64,000 bases of DNA from Acidobacteriota bacterium (GTDB taxonomy: Bacteria > Acidobacteriota > UBA890 > WLXD01): contig CBDBHB010000008.1 in assembly GCA_965205505.1 (NCBI GenBank), positions 1,024,001 through 1,088,000 of the forward strand, given 5' to 3'. How positions within the stretch are numbered: the first letter of the stretch is position 1; every line of letters begins with the position of its first letter. The notes beneath the pieces were generated by a model that saw only the letters and a program-made list of their open reading frames with translations, was not told the DNA's origin and made no database searches. A program made the position numbers and the translations under genes. Shown here piece after piece: positions 49,326-59,871 of the stretch.

Positions 49326-50600
49326 GTGTTGAGTACCGAGCCCTTCTGGCGCAGCCAATTTCCGCGGCCCGACGACTTGCCGGTCTCGGCCACCCTGCCG
49401 GAACGGGTTGACGTTGCGATTGTCGGTGGCGGCTATACGGGTCTCAACGCGGCGCGCGTGCTCGCGATGAGTGGGGCCACCGTCTCCGTCCTCGAGCGGG
49501 AGACCATAGGGTGGGGAGCGAGCTCTCGTAACGGCGGCCTGGCAACTCCTGGCATCAAGCGCCCCATCAAATCCATCCTCGCTAAGTACGGCGAGGCTCT
49601 AGGCCGGACGTTTTGGCAGGCGTCGCTGGATGCCATCGACCTCGTGGAAGAGATTGTCACGACCGAAGGCATCGACTGCGGTTGGCAGCGTCACGGCCAT
49701 GTTTACCTCGCCTGCAAACGAGCGCACTTTGCCGCCATGCAGAAAAGCGTCGCGTGGTACCGGAACACGCTCGGACACGAGGTCACGGTGGTGGCTCCCT
49801 CCGACCTCTACACCGAGATCGGAAGCCGCGTCTTCCACGGCGGTTTGACCGATGCTTTCAGCGGAGGGCTCCAGCCCGCGAAGTACGTCTACGGCCTGGC
49901 GAAGGCGGCCGCACATCATGGCGCCCATCTTCATGAAAAGGCGGACGTGCAGCGTATTACACGTCGAGGCAAAGGCTTCGATCTCCAAACGCGCCTGGGT
50001 ATGCTCGAAGCGCAGGATGTGCTCATCGCCACGAACGGCTATACGGATCGGCTCGTGCCGGCTCTCAAGCCGAGAGTCTTTCCAGTCGGGAGCTACATCA
50101 TCGTCACCGAGCCTTTGCCACGGGAACTGCAAGAGGAGCTGAGCCCCAAGGGCCGCATGTTCTACGACTCCAAGAACTTCCTCAACTACTTCCGCCTGAC
50201 ACCGGACGGGCGCATGCTTTGGGGTGGCCGTAACGACCTCAGCACGGACCTCGACCTGCAGCGAAGTGCGGACGCGCTGAAGGCGCAATTGCTTCACACG
50301 TTCCCGCAGCTCGAGGGCGTTGCTTTGACCCACAGCTGGACGGGTAGGCTCGGCATCACCTTCGATCTAATGCCGCATATCGGCCGCGTCAATGGTGTGC
50401 ACTATGCCTTCGGCTATGGTGGACACGGCCTAACGATCGCGACCTATCTCGGTACGGAAGTGGGCAAGTTGCTAACGGCACAAATAACGACGAGTCCTTT
50501 CGCGGAAATACCCCACGAAACGAAGTTCTACTATCGTGACGAGCCCTGGTTCATCCCGCTCGCGGCGCGTTACTACCGTTTGCTCGACTGGGTCAGCTAG
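49326..50600 (+). CDS. FAD-dependent oxidoreductase (DAO/PuuB-like)
   Basis: DVAIVGGGYTGL, GASSRNGG, ATNGY, YFRLTPDGR, WTG.LG.T.D..PHIG, GYGGHG. Confidence 0.9.
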   Translation: MLSTEPFWRSQFPRPDDLPVSATLPERVDVAIVGGGYTGLNAARVLAMSGATVSVLERETIGWGASSRNGGLATPGIKRPIKSILAKYGEALGRTFWQASLDAIDLVEEIVTTEGIDCGWQRHGHVYLACKRAHFAAMQKSVAWYRNTLGHEVTVVAPSDLYTEIGSRVFHGGLTDAFSGGLQPAKYVYGLAKAAAHHGAHLHEKADVQRITRRGKGFDLQTRLGMLEAQDVLIATNGYTDRLVPALKPRVFPVGSYIIVTEPLPRELQEELSPKGRMFYDSKNFLNYFRLTPDGRMLWGGRNDLSTDLDLQRSADALKAQLLHTFPQLEGVALTHSWTGRLGITFDLMPHIGRVNGVHYAFGYGGHGLTIATYLGTEVGKLLTAQITTSPFAEIPHETKFYYRDEPWFIPLAARYYRLLDWVS

Positions 50601-50629
50601 CGAGTTGCTCGACTGGGTCAGTTAGCGAG
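50580..50629. repeat. 25-bp tandem duplication spanning the oxidoreductase stop codon
   Basis: TTGCTCGACTGGGTCAG(C/T)TAGCGAG at 50580-50604 and 50605-50629, one mismatch. Confidence 0.9.
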
Positions 50630-50773
50630 CCACTCGCCATCCCCGCTATCGCGGTCATCTCCCAGCACGTCAGGACGCGGTTGCCAAGCTCCGGCCACGC
50701 GCGACCCGTAGTGCTCTCCGGCTCGAAATCGACTGTCGAGCCCGCGGGCCTGAAAACTGTAACGTAACGAGTA

Positions 50774-53410
50774 ATGCTGTCGCCGGTCTCTCCAGCTTCG
50801 TGGAACGGCCTCGCCGTGCGCGCGTGCGCGCGTCCACTACTCGTGTGCACGACGCTCGTGCTGACGATCGCCCCACCCTCAGCGGCGGAGCCAACCCCCA
50901 CGGGCAGCGCCCCTACTGACTCCGCGAGCCAGAGCCAGGGCACGCGGGAGCAGGAACGACGAACCGACCGGCCACCGCGCTCGCGCCGCGTCATCCCGGT
51001 GCGCATGGTGAGCGACCGGCCCGGAACGGGCATCCTCGTCAACGTTCAAGCGCCGAGCGAGCTTGCACCGCTGCAGCAGAGGCTGCCGACGCCCCCACCG
51101 CCAGCGCGGCGTGTCATCCCCGTGCGCATGGTGACACCTTCGAGACCTGGTTCCTCGGGCGGTGTGCAGATCGTCGTCGTGCCGGTCGCGCCGCCGGAGC
51201 GGTTCGGAACGGCCAACCCGCCGCCGAGAACGCCTGGTGCCGCCGCTATGACCGAGGTACCGGCAGCAGCGCGCACCATACGAGCCCCCGGCGTTGCACC
51301 CAGCATGGTGGTCGGGCGCGCGCCGGAAGTACCGGTGCTCGACGGGCTGGTGAACGAGGCCATCTGGGACGGCGCCGACGTCGCCAGCGACTTTCTTCAG
51401 CGCGAGCCCAACGAGGGACAGCCAGCATCGGAGCGCACCGAGGTGCGCATTCTCTACGACGACGAGAACGTCTACGTCGGCGTCATCGCCTACGACAGCG
51501 CCCCGAGCTCCATTCTCGCGGCCGAGTTGCGACGCGACGCGCTCGGTGGACGCAGCGGCGGGGGGAGAGGGGGGTCCGACGACACCTTCACCGTCCTGTT
51601 CGACACCTTCCACGACGGCCGCAGCGCCTTTCAGTTCACCGTCAACGCACTGGGCACCCGACACGACGCGCTGATCAGGAACGAGAGCGAGCTCAATAGC
51701 GACTGGGACGAGGCGTGGCAGGCGGCGGCACAGATCACCGCGCGCGGCTGGGAGGCCGAGCTCGTGATCCCGCTATCGATCCTGAGGTTCTCCTCCGGCG
51801 CTGCCGACTGGGGAGTCGACTTCGAACGCCAGATCCGGCGCAAGAACGAACAGGCGATATGGAGCAACTACCGACGCGATTACGAGTTCATCGCCGTCTC
51901 CCAGGCCGGTGACCTGCGCGGATTCGAGGACCTCTCGGTCACGCAGCGCTTCCGCCTCAAGCCGTATTTCCTGGGCGGCGCCACGTCGGTGTTCCAGGAC
52001 CCCGGACGGCAATCCGACGTCACCAATCAGCTCGGCATCGACGTGCTCAAGGTGAAACTGACCTCGAACCTCACGGCCGATCTCACCTACAAGACCGATT
52101 TCGCCCAGGTCGAGCTCGACCAGCAGCGCGTCAACCTGACGCGCTTCTCGCTGTTCTTTCCGGAAAAGCGCGACTTCTTCCTCGAGGGGGCCAACAACTT
52201 CAGCTTCGGCCAGCTTCAGCGCGACCGCTTCGACAGTTCCGACCCGCCCATCATCCGTCTCTTCCACTCGCGCAACATCGGGCTGTCGGATGACGGCGCG
52301 CCGATTCCGATCGACTTCGGCGGTCGGGTGACCGGCAAGGTCGGCGCCAGCAACCTCGGCTTGTTGCATGTGCAGACCGGCGACCCTACGGTCGGCGGCG
52401 GGCACAACTACAGCGCCTTCCGCTGGCGACAGGACATACTAGCCCGTTCCAACGTCGGAGCCATAGTGACCAACGTCCAGAGGCCCGACGGCGCCATCAA
52501 CACGGTCGTCGGAGCCGACGCCAGCTTCACCTTCTTCGACAACCTCAACATCTCGGCGTTCGGCGCGCGTACCACCGACGACGAGCTCGACGAAGGTAAG
52601 CTCGCCGGCCAGATCAGGGTCTCGTGGCAAAGCGACCTGTGGGGCGCCAGCTTCGACGTCATGCGCATCGACCCCGGCTTCCGAAGCGATCTGGGATTCG
52701 TTCTTCGGGAGGACATCATTCGTCGAGCCTACCGGGGCTCGTGGATCCCTCGACCGAGCGTTCCATGGCTCCGGTCGGTGAACTTCAACGTCGCCGACAC
52801 GACCTTCCACGACACATCCGGCACGTTGATCAGCGCGCGACGGTGGGTGGCGTCGGTCATCAATCTCGAGTCTGGGGACAGCCTCGGTGCCTTCTTCGTC
52901 GATAACTTCGATCGACTGGACCTCCCCTTCCAGATCCATCCAGACGTGATCATCCCGCCCGGGGATTACGACTTCCGCTACGTGTTCCTCTTCCTGTCCA
53001 CGTATGGTGGCCGCCCATTCAGCGCTAGCGTCAGTGCACGCATTGGCGAGCTCTACGACGGCGATGTCGTCACCATCGAGCCGCGCGTATCGTTCAGGCT
53101 CAACGAGCGCTTCCGCATCTCGCCGAGCTTCAGCTACAACCGGATCGAGCTGCCCGGGGGGAGCTTCACGACCAACGTGCTCAACGCCAACGCCAACTAC
53201 AGCTTTTCTGACCGGTGGCTCACCGACGCCTTGGTCCAGTACAACAGTCAGTCGGACTCGCTGTCGATCTTCGCACGGCTGCGCTACATCTATCGCGTCG
53301 GCGACGACATCTATCTCGTCTACCGTCAGGCGGGCGACTACGACGGCCTCCGCTTCGGGCGCCACGACCGTTCGGTGACTCTGAAGGTGACACGCTCTTT
53401 CAACTGGTAG
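50774..53410 (+). CDS. DUF5916 / CBM9-like outer-membrane protein, paralogue 2, with Pro-rich N-terminal extension
   Basis: Same motifs as 46943..49249; ends RSFNW; start uncertain. Confidence 0.87.
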   Translation: MLSPVSPASWNGLAVRACARPLLVCTTLVLTIAPPSAAEPTPTGSAPTDSASQSQGTREQERRTDRPPRSRRVIPVRMVSDRPGTGILVNVQAPSELAPLQQRLPTPPPPARRVIPVRMVTPSRPGSSGGVQIVVVPVAPPERFGTANPPPRTPGAAAMTEVPAAARTIRAPGVAPSMVVGRAPEVPVLDGLVNEAIWDGADVASDFLQREPNEGQPASERTEVRILYDDENVYVGVIAYDSAPSSILAAELRRDALGGRSGGGRGGSDDTFTVLFDTFHDGRSAFQFTVNALGTRHDALIRNESELNSDWDEAWQAAAQITARGWEAELVIPLSILRFSSGAADWGVDFERQIRRKNEQAIWSNYRRDYEFIAVSQAGDLRGFEDLSVTQRFRLKPYFLGGATSVFQDPGRQSDVTNQLGIDVLKVKLTSNLTADLTYKTDFAQVELDQQRVNLTRFSLFFPEKRDFFLEGANNFSFGQLQRDRFDSSDPPIIRLFHSRNIGLSDDGAPIPIDFGGRVTGKVGASNLGLLHVQTGDPTVGGGHNYSAFRWRQDILARSNVGAIVTNVQRPDGAINTVVGADASFTFFDNLNISAFGARTTDDELDEGKLAGQIRVSWQSDLWGASFDVMRIDPGFRSDLGFVLREDIIRRAYRGSWIPRPSVPWLRSVNFNVADTTFHDTSGTLISARRWVASVINLESGDSLGAFFVDNFDRLDLPFQIHPDVIIPPGDYDFRYVFLFLSTYGGRPFSASVSARIGELYDGDVVTIEPRVSFRLNERFRISPSFSYNRIELPGGSFTTNVLNANANYSFSDRWLTDALVQYNSQSDSLSIFARLRYIYRVGDDIYLVYRQAGDYDGLRFGRHDRSVTLKVTRSFNW

Positions 53411-53571
53411 GTTTCGTCAGCCGGCGCGGAAGCTGGCTCGAAGGGACGCCTACGGCCAGCTAGAGGCAGGCCACGGAAACGAGGCGCGATACGGTAAAGC
53501 AGCGACGGCGTGCGGAGGTCGCTACCAGACAGCCCGCCTGAAACCCATCGAGAGATCCAGGAGGATTTGGA

Positions 53572-54735
53572 ATGGCTTCGCGAGGATCACGGTTTTCCTT
53601 TCGGCACGGCAGCATCGTTCTCACGTCGATCATCACGATTCTGTTGTCGGCAGCCAGTCCCACCCGAGGCCAGTCCCGGATAAGGCGTTATCTCTACGTG
53701 GGGACACCGGACGGGGCTCAGGCGTATATGCAGGCGCCGGACCGCCGATCCGCTCCCGGCATCCTCATCTTCGACATCGACAACGGCCACGAGCTCGTCC
53801 GACGGATCGACATGCCGCGCTTCGCGGAGGGTCTACGCGGCTATTACGGTGGTCTGCGCGGCTTTACCGGCAACCTTTTGACACACAGTGTCTATTACTC
53901 CATCGCCGAGGGCGGCCTGGGGGCGTTCGATCTGGAGACGGAGGAGATCGTCTGGGAGCAGAGCTACCACGACGGGGGTTGCTGCGATCGATCGTCGATC
54001 ACGATGGATGGCAAGAAGATCTATGCTCCCACCGGATGGTGGTATCCAGGGGAAGATAGCGGCCTTGTAGTCGTCGACGCGAAAAACGGCGAGCTGATCA
54101 AACGCATCCCTGTCGGCCCTGAGGCCCACAACAGCATCGTCAGCCTCGATGGCCGGCGCGCGTACCTCGGTACGATAATGATGCTGACGGTCATCGATAC
54201 GAGTACCGACCGCATCATCCGGCAGATCAAGGACGTGGGCGAAGACCGCGTGTTCCCCTTCACCATGGATCGCCAGAATCGCATCGGTTACGTGTGTCTC
54301 GGCGAGCACGTCGGGTTCCACGTAGTCGACTTGGAAACCGGAAAGATCATGCATCGGGTTCTGGCCGGGGACGAACCGATCCCCCATCAATCGCACGGAG
54401 TGGCGCTCACGCCCGATGAAACCGAGCTCTGGGTCAGCGATCAAACGAATCGCAAGTTCTACGTTTTCGACGCCACCAAGATGCCGCCGGAGCCGAAGGA
54501 TCAGGTGGAGGTGTCCGAGGACGGACACGGGTGGTTAACGTTCAGCATCGACGGTCAGTACGCGTGGACCCATACGTCCGATGTCTTTGATGCGAAGACG
54601 AAAAAGCGCGTCGCCACTTTGAAGGATGAAGCAGGCAAGCCGATCGCCAGCTCGAAGTTCCTCGAAGTGCACTTTCGCGACGGCAAAGTCGTAGCGGTAG
54701 GCAACGAGTTCGGTCTGGGACGCAAGAGAGATTGA
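53572..54735 (+). CDS. YncE/YVTN-like beta-propeller exported protein
   Basis: AGGAGG RBS; signal peptide; AHN.IVS.DG, HGVALTPDE.ELWVSD, GWLTFSIDG.YAW. Confidence 0.8.
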   Translation: MASRGSRFSFRHGSIVLTSIITILLSAASPTRGQSRIRRYLYVGTPDGAQAYMQAPDRRSAPGILIFDIDNGHELVRRIDMPRFAEGLRGYYGGLRGFTGNLLTHSVYYSIAEGGLGAFDLETEEIVWEQSYHDGGCCDRSSITMDGKKIYAPTGWWYPGEDSGLVVVDAKNGELIKRIPVGPEAHNSIVSLDGRRAYLGTIMMLTVIDTSTDRIIRQIKDVGEDRVFPFTMDRQNRIGYVCLGEHVGFHVVDLETGKIMHRVLAGDEPIPHQSHGVALTPDETELWVSDQTNRKFYVFDATKMPPEPKDQVEVSEDGHGWLTFSIDGQYAWTHTSDVFDAKTKKRVATLKDEAGKPIASSKFLEVHFRDGKVVAVGNEFGLGRKRD

Positions 54736-54951
54736 CCCACGTTACCGGTATCACATGGACACTACTGTTAGCGCCTATGCAAAACTGCTCCATTGGTGAC
54801 GATCGAAAACTGACTGTGAGACTCAGGCCTAGCCGCGAAGGGTCCGCCCCGGCACGGTTCCCCAGGGGCTCATTCCCCGGTCCAGTCCTTCCGTTGTTGC
54901 TCGCCCAACGAGTCGGTAGAGTCGCGGTAGTCCTCCTGGCTGGGAGATCAC

Positions 54952-57010
54952 GTGGAGATAGGCGACAAGCGGGGTCACTACGAGGTGGTGGGCCGCCTAG
55001 GCAAAGGCGGCATGGGAGAGGTGTATCGGGCGCGCAGCTTTTGCTACTTCCGGTGTGCAGCTCTGTTGCTTGCCATCCTGCTGGCCCCGAGCTGCTCGGG
55101 CCTTGACTCAGGCCAGCCGCCGCTCACCGCCGAGGTTCCCCTACACCTTGAGGAACATCTCGACGCCGCCACCATCGCGGGCTCTGAGGTGCCCACAGAC
55201 GCTCCGACCGTATTGGAATGGCGCTTCGACAAACTCCAGGAGGATTGGAAGCCGGTAGTCCCGTGGAACCCGACGATAGATCCAGTCGAGGTCACGCAGC
55301 TCGACGACGCGCTGCGAGTCACACTGACGGACGGCACGAGGGGTCCGAACGGCAGGCCTGGGGGCGGCCTCGTTCTCGAGGCGCCTGATTGGGACTACGA
55401 GGATCTGGCGCACCTCGTGGTGCGTGCTCGCAACTCCGATGATGTCAGGGACTTCTGGATCGGCTTCAATCGACGCGAAGGGGCCGGTACGGATACAGAC
55501 TTCCCCAATCCGTTCGAGCACGGAGGCGATGGGGCCCCTGTTGTAAGTGACGGTACGGTGCAAACCTACCGGCTGCGGCTGGATTACTTCGAGGGGCGTC
55601 CGCCGCCTGAGGAATCGATTCGGCAGATCGCCTTGTGGTTCAATCCCCGCAATCTGGCCAGCATCGATATCCTTTCCATCACGCTGATCCCGAAGGTCGC
55701 CAACTACGCTGAGGCGGGTGCAGCCGCGCGCACGGAAATCCGCAACCGGATCTATCGGCAGGCTCTGTATACGCACAAGCCGGGGCGCGTGGAGTATCGG
55801 GTGAGAGTTCCCGAAGCCGGCCGGCTCGACTTCGCCATGGGGGTTCTGCGCGACGACGTGCCCGTGACTTTTCGGGTCACGGCGATCCCTGATGGTGCCG
55901 GGGATGGTGAACCGACCACGGTGTTCGAGGAGTACTACGCGGACAAGGAGGCGTGGGGCCAACGTTCGGTGGATCTGGCTGACCTTGCTGGCCAGACGGT
56001 GACGCTCGGCCTGGAGGCCGACTCCGAGGATGGAGGGCGGGTCGCTTTGTGGGAGCACCGACCGTGACGGGCGACGGGCAGTCGCCTCTTCCCAACGTCG
56101 TCTTCTACGTCTTCGACGGCGGTGCGGCGGACTACATGAGCGTTTACGGCTACAACCGTCGCACGACCCCGACCCTGGAGCGACTGGCCGAGGAGGGCGT
56201 CGTGTTCGAGCGAGCGTACAGCAATTCTGGCTGGACCCTGCAATCGACGGCCTCGTTCATGACTTCCCTGCAGACGAGTGTGACGGGGGGCTTGACCGGC
56301 GGCAACACCTACCCTGTGCCTGCTGAGGCCGTGACCATGGCCGAGCACATGCACCGGGCCGGCTACCAGACCGCGGTGTTCACGGGGAACCCCAACGCCG
56401 GGACGTTGAGCGATCTCCAGCGTGGGGTCGATCTGTTCCGGGAGGACTGGGAGGACTTCTCATACTTCGGTAGGAGTAATCGCAAGGAGTCCTCGAAGTA
56501 CCTCCATGAGGGGTTCTGGATCTGGCGGGAGGACTATCCCAGCCAGCCGTTCTGGGCCTTCCAGACCACGGACACGCATGGGGACTTTCCGGCGCCGCCA
56601 CCTTTTGGCGGGCTCTTTGTCACAGCGGATGCGTGGGAGAGCTGGAATGAGTCGTTTGAGCGCCTGAGTAAGGTTGGCGGGCCTGGTCGCTATGGCGGGC
56701 GTGATCCCTATTCGCCCGCCTGGGATTCCACGGGGATCAGCCGGACGGCATTCTACTCTGTGGCGAAGGGCCTGTACGACGAAGCAATGGCCCACAACGA
56801 CTATCGGCTCGGGCAGCTCATCGACCGGCTGAAGGCTGAAGGCTGAAGGGGAGTGGGAAAACACGCTGTTGATCATCGGGGGCGATCACAGCATCCGGGC
56901 GGCCGCCGGCGACATGGGCCTCCTGCTCAACGACTCGCTGCCTCCCCCATGGAGCCAGCCGATCCTCCGGCCCACGATCTCTAGGGTGCCCCTCATGTTC
57001 GTATGGGCCG
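54952..57010 (+). pseudogene. Sulfatase-family gene, doubly frameshifted and truncated by IS; kinase fragment at the 5' end
   Basis: PNVVFYVFD, YGY.R.TTP.L..LA.EGV.FERAYS.SGWT..S.AS, LYDE...ND...GQL, NTLLIIGGDH; frameshift at about 56051 (missing G), 7-bp expansion at 56827-56847, IS at 57011. Confidence 0.8.
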
Positions 57011-57044
57011 TGACCTGCCCCAAGTGTTGAGGCCACTTCGTAAC

Positions 57045-57783
57045 TCATAGAATCGGTGCTGGCAAGAGGTTGTTGCAGCTGGCGGAGCGGAGCGTAGCCG
57101 GCTTTAACAACGTCGCTTTCGGTGCAGGCGGCCGATAGCCCAACGAGCTGTGTGGCCGCACCTGGTTGTATTTGCGGCGCCAGGCTTGCACCAAGCTCTG
57201 CGCCTCCTTGAGCGTGTAGAAGATCTCCCCGTTCAGCAGCTCGTCGCGTAGCTTGCCGTTGAAGCTCTCCACATAGCCGTTTTCCCACGGCGAGCCGGGC
57301 TCGATGAACAGCGTCCCCACGCCGAGCCTACCGAGCCAGTCGCGAACCGCCTGGGCAGTGAACTCCGGTCCGTTATCCGACCGGATGTGCTCAGGTATGC
57401 CTCGGTGCACGAACAACCACCCGAGCCGCTCTAGCACGTCCTCACAGTTGAGCTTCCGCGCCACGTCGATCGCCAGGCTTTCTCGCGTGTACTCATCGAC
57501 GATCGTCAGCAGCCTCATAGCTCGACCGTCGTGCCTCCGGTGGTGGACGAAGTCATACGCCCAGACGTGATCTTTGCGCTGTGATCGCAGGCGGATGCAC
57601 GAGCCATCGTTGAGCCATAGTCGGCTCCGTCAGCATCTGCTCTTGTTGCGGCCCTCTTGGCACGTACCTCTGCGTCGTGCGTGGTTGTTTCAGTACCCGA
57701 CACGCCCGCCTCTCCGAGACGCCCAGTCGCCCCCGTACATGCGCCACCGCCTCGCGCCGCCGAGCTGGGCTCAGAAGTTTCCC
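57045..57783 (-). pseudogene. IS3-family transposase OrfB with internal deletion and frameshift
   Basis: VSERRACRVL...RY jumps near 57628 to another frame ([20 protein letters not shown]); rve core [24 protein letters not shown] intact; the YGYRR/NHKRV segment is missing. Confidence 0.85.
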
Positions 57784-58049
57784 TCCGCCACTTCCTTCAG
57801 GATCGACAGGTCGAGCTCTTTTTCCGCCACCAGCTTCTTGAGCCGGACATTCTCCTTCTCCAGCTGCTTGAGCTTCCTGGCCTGGTTGAGCTTCAGTCCC
57901 CCGTATTCCCGTCGCCACCGATAGTAAGTGTGCTCGGTGATCGCTAGCTTGCGGCAGGCATCCTTGACCGTCGCACCTCGAGCCAGCTCCACTTCAGCCT
58001 CCCGGAGCTTCCGGACGATCTGCTCGGCACTGTGCCTCTTCGTCGGCAT
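57771..58049 (-). CDS. IS3-family transposase OrfA
   Basis: HTH ACRKLAITEHTYYRWRREYGG and leucine zipper LKQLEKENVRLKKLVAE; GGAGG RBS. Confidence 0.92.
   Translation of the reverse strand: MPTKRHSAEQIVRKLREAEVELARGATVKDACRKLAITEHTYYRWRREYGGLKLNQARKLKQLEKENVRLKKLVAEKELDLSILKEVAEGNF
57777..57783 (-). promoter_or_regulatory. -1 programmed frameshift heptamer G_GGA_AAC
   Basis: X_XXY_YYZ in the OrfA frame just before its stop; downstream GCCCAG...CTGGGC stem. Confidence 0.75.
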
Positions 58050-58128
58050 TCTGACCTCCCCTTTTCGACCCAGATCGTGAGATTACTTCTGGATCCGATT
58101 TGGGGGGTCAGGTCATCACGGACAGGAG

Positions 58129-58512
58129 GTGCTGCGTTCACTGGAAGCCGCCGTGAGAGCCATGAAAGAGGCGACGCTACAGCACCCGGGCACGTCGGCC
58201 AAGGCGACGTTGCCCGCGAAGAAGAAGGCGCCGACCGGGAAGAAGGCACGCAAGAGGCGCCAGCAACCGAACCGGAGACGGAGCTACGAGCTTGCGCTGG
58301 AGTTGCTAAGCGGCAGCAGCGAGTCGATGACGGCACCCGAAATCCAGCGTAGCCTCAGCAAACAGGGCCAGGGGTTCGCCCACCAGGCGATCGTGTACGG
58401 GCTGGAGAAGCTCGTAGATACACATAAGGCCAAGAGGCGCAAGACGAAGGGGCGCGTGAGGTACCGGGCGATCCCTGAGGAGCCGGCGGCGGAGGAATCT
58501 GCAACCCTCTGA
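58129..58512 (+). CDS. Basic putative winged-helix DNA-binding protein, probably 5'-truncated by the IS
   Basis: Lys/Arg-rich linker, MTAPEIQRSL...AIVYGLEKLV...GRVRY wHTH-like pattern. Confidence 0.5.
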   Translation: MLRSLEAAVRAMKEATLQHPGTSAKATLPAKKKAPTGKKARKRRQQPNRRRSYELALELLSGSSESMTAPEIQRSLSKQGQGFAHQAIVYGLEKLVDTHKAKRRKTKGRVRYRAIPEEPAAEESATL

Positions 58513-58587
58513 AAGCCCGCATAATTTCCCCTGTTAACAGACCAGTTGGCTTCGTGTGGACGGCTCGGGACAAGGAGGGTGTAGGTC

Positions 58588-59667
58588 GTGAGTCTATGGG
58601 AGTTCCGAGAGAAGACCATATTGCCCCTTGAACCGACCGTCTTCGCCGACGAGGGGGTTCTCGAACAGGCGCATCTGCAAAAAGTCCTCGCCAGGAACAT
58701 ATCCGCTATCGATCCGGATCTGCTCGTCATCGCGGAGGAGTACTCCGCCTGGGAAGATAGTCGACGCCGGATCGACATCTTGGCCCTGGACCGGGAAGCG
58801 AATCTGGTTGTCATCGAGCTGAAACGCACGGAAGACGGAGGGCACATGGACCTCCAAGCCATCCGTTATGCGGCAATGGTCTCGACGATGACGTTCGCGA
58901 AGGCGGTTGAAGCGTTCGAGCATTACCTTCGCAGGTCGGGCGTCGATGATGACGCCGAGGTCAAGATGCTCGAGTTCCTCGAATGGGACGAGCCAGTCGA
59001 GGAAGACTTCGCCAACGATGTGTCCATCATACTGGCGTCCGCAGAGTTTTCGCGGGAGATCACAACGGCGGTCCTGTGGCTGAACAGCAAGTACGCGATC
59101 GATATCCGCTGTGTCCGACTGAAGCCATACAAGCTGGATGAGCGCCTCGTGCTGGACATTCAGCAGATTGTCCCGCTCAGAGAGGCGACCGAGTATCAGG
59201 TGCAGCTGCGTGAGAAGGCTGTCGAGCAGCGAACCGCAAGGCAAGGGAGCCGGACGTGCTACGACCTAACGGTGGCGGGCCGCACGTACTCAAAATTGCC
59301 CAAGAACGGGCTCATGCTGCACATCGCGCGAGCCGCGGTGAACTCTGGCGTGCGACCGGAGGAACTCGCGGTGTTCCTCCCCCATCGGGACCGGAGCTGG
59401 GTCTCGGTGGAGGGCGAGTGCTCCAACGAGGAATTCCTCCAAAGGCTGAGCGATGTACGCAGCGTGCGCGGTAGGCCGATCGACCCAAAGCGTTACTTCA
59501 CAGGCCCAGATGAGCTCATCCTCTTTGACGGTCGAACCTACGCATTCACAACCCAGTGGGGAAAGGGCACCGTGGAGGTGGCCAAGCGGGTGGCTGCCAG
59601 CTTTGGAGATCTGGCGATCGAGGTACAGCCGTTCGGCGGGGAAGACCCAGGCGAGGGCCCGCTGTGA
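58588..59667 (+). CDS. NucS-like PD-(D/E)xK endonuclease with extra C-terminal domain
   Basis: GGAGG RBS and GTG; E..LQ, IAEEY, RIDILALDREANLVVIELKR, LQAIRYAAM; C-terminal PKRYF....YAFTTQWG. Confidence 0.82.
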   Translation: MSLWEFREKTILPLEPTVFADEGVLEQAHLQKVLARNISAIDPDLLVIAEEYSAWEDSRRRIDILALDREANLVVIELKRTEDGGHMDLQAIRYAAMVSTMTFAKAVEAFEHYLRRSGVDDDAEVKMLEFLEWDEPVEEDFANDVSIILASAEFSREITTAVLWLNSKYAIDIRCVRLKPYKLDERLVLDIQQIVPLREATEYQVQLREKAVEQRTARQGSRTCYDLTVAGRTYSKLPKNGLMLHIARAAVNSGVRPEELAVFLPHRDRSWVSVEGECSNEEFLQRLSDVRSVRGRPIDPKRYFTGPDELILFDGRTYAFTTQWGKGTVEVAKRVAASFGDLAIEVQPFGGEDPGEGPL

Positions 59668-59828
59668 TCTGCCGGGCAGGCCCAACACGTCCAGAAGAAT
59701 AGCGGCCCAGAGCGTTGCAGAACTCCTCGTATTGCCGAGGCTCCCAGAAGCATACCTGCATCTGAACGCGGCCCCAGCCTCGACCCTGAAAGATCGTCTC
59801 ATCCTCTCGGTGTTGGGTGCCGCGTCGC

Positions 59829-59865
59829 GCAGCTCCCGGCCTACGGGCCGGGAGAGGATTGAGGG
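59829..59865 (+). CRISPR. Solitary type I-C-like CRISPR repeat unit (not an array)
   Basis: GCAGCTCCCGGCCTACGGGCCGGGAGAGGATTGAGGG: 37 nt, 9-bp stem with TACG loop, GAGGATTGA tail resembling the I-C ...GGATTGAAAC end. Confidence 0.55.
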
Positions 59866-59871
59866 GTTGTG

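Larger units (their letters stand above)
57011..58115 (-). mobile_element. IS3-family (IS407-group-like) insertion sequence, internally deleted
   Basis: Ends TGACCTGCCCCAA (57011) and TTGGGGGGTCAGGTCA (58115) form imperfect TG..CA inverted repeats; orfA plus DDE orfB; no flanking target duplication. Confidence 0.9.

Noticed and set aside
56044-56067. Programmed frameshift or Sec read-through in the sulfatase
   Set aside because: The continuation is in another frame with no slippery heptamer, and the gene has further lesions; mutation or sequencing error is simpler.
56844-56846. TGA in the sulfatase as selenocysteine
   Set aside because: It results from a 7-bp repeat expansion, has no Cys-motif context, and the homology continues out of frame.
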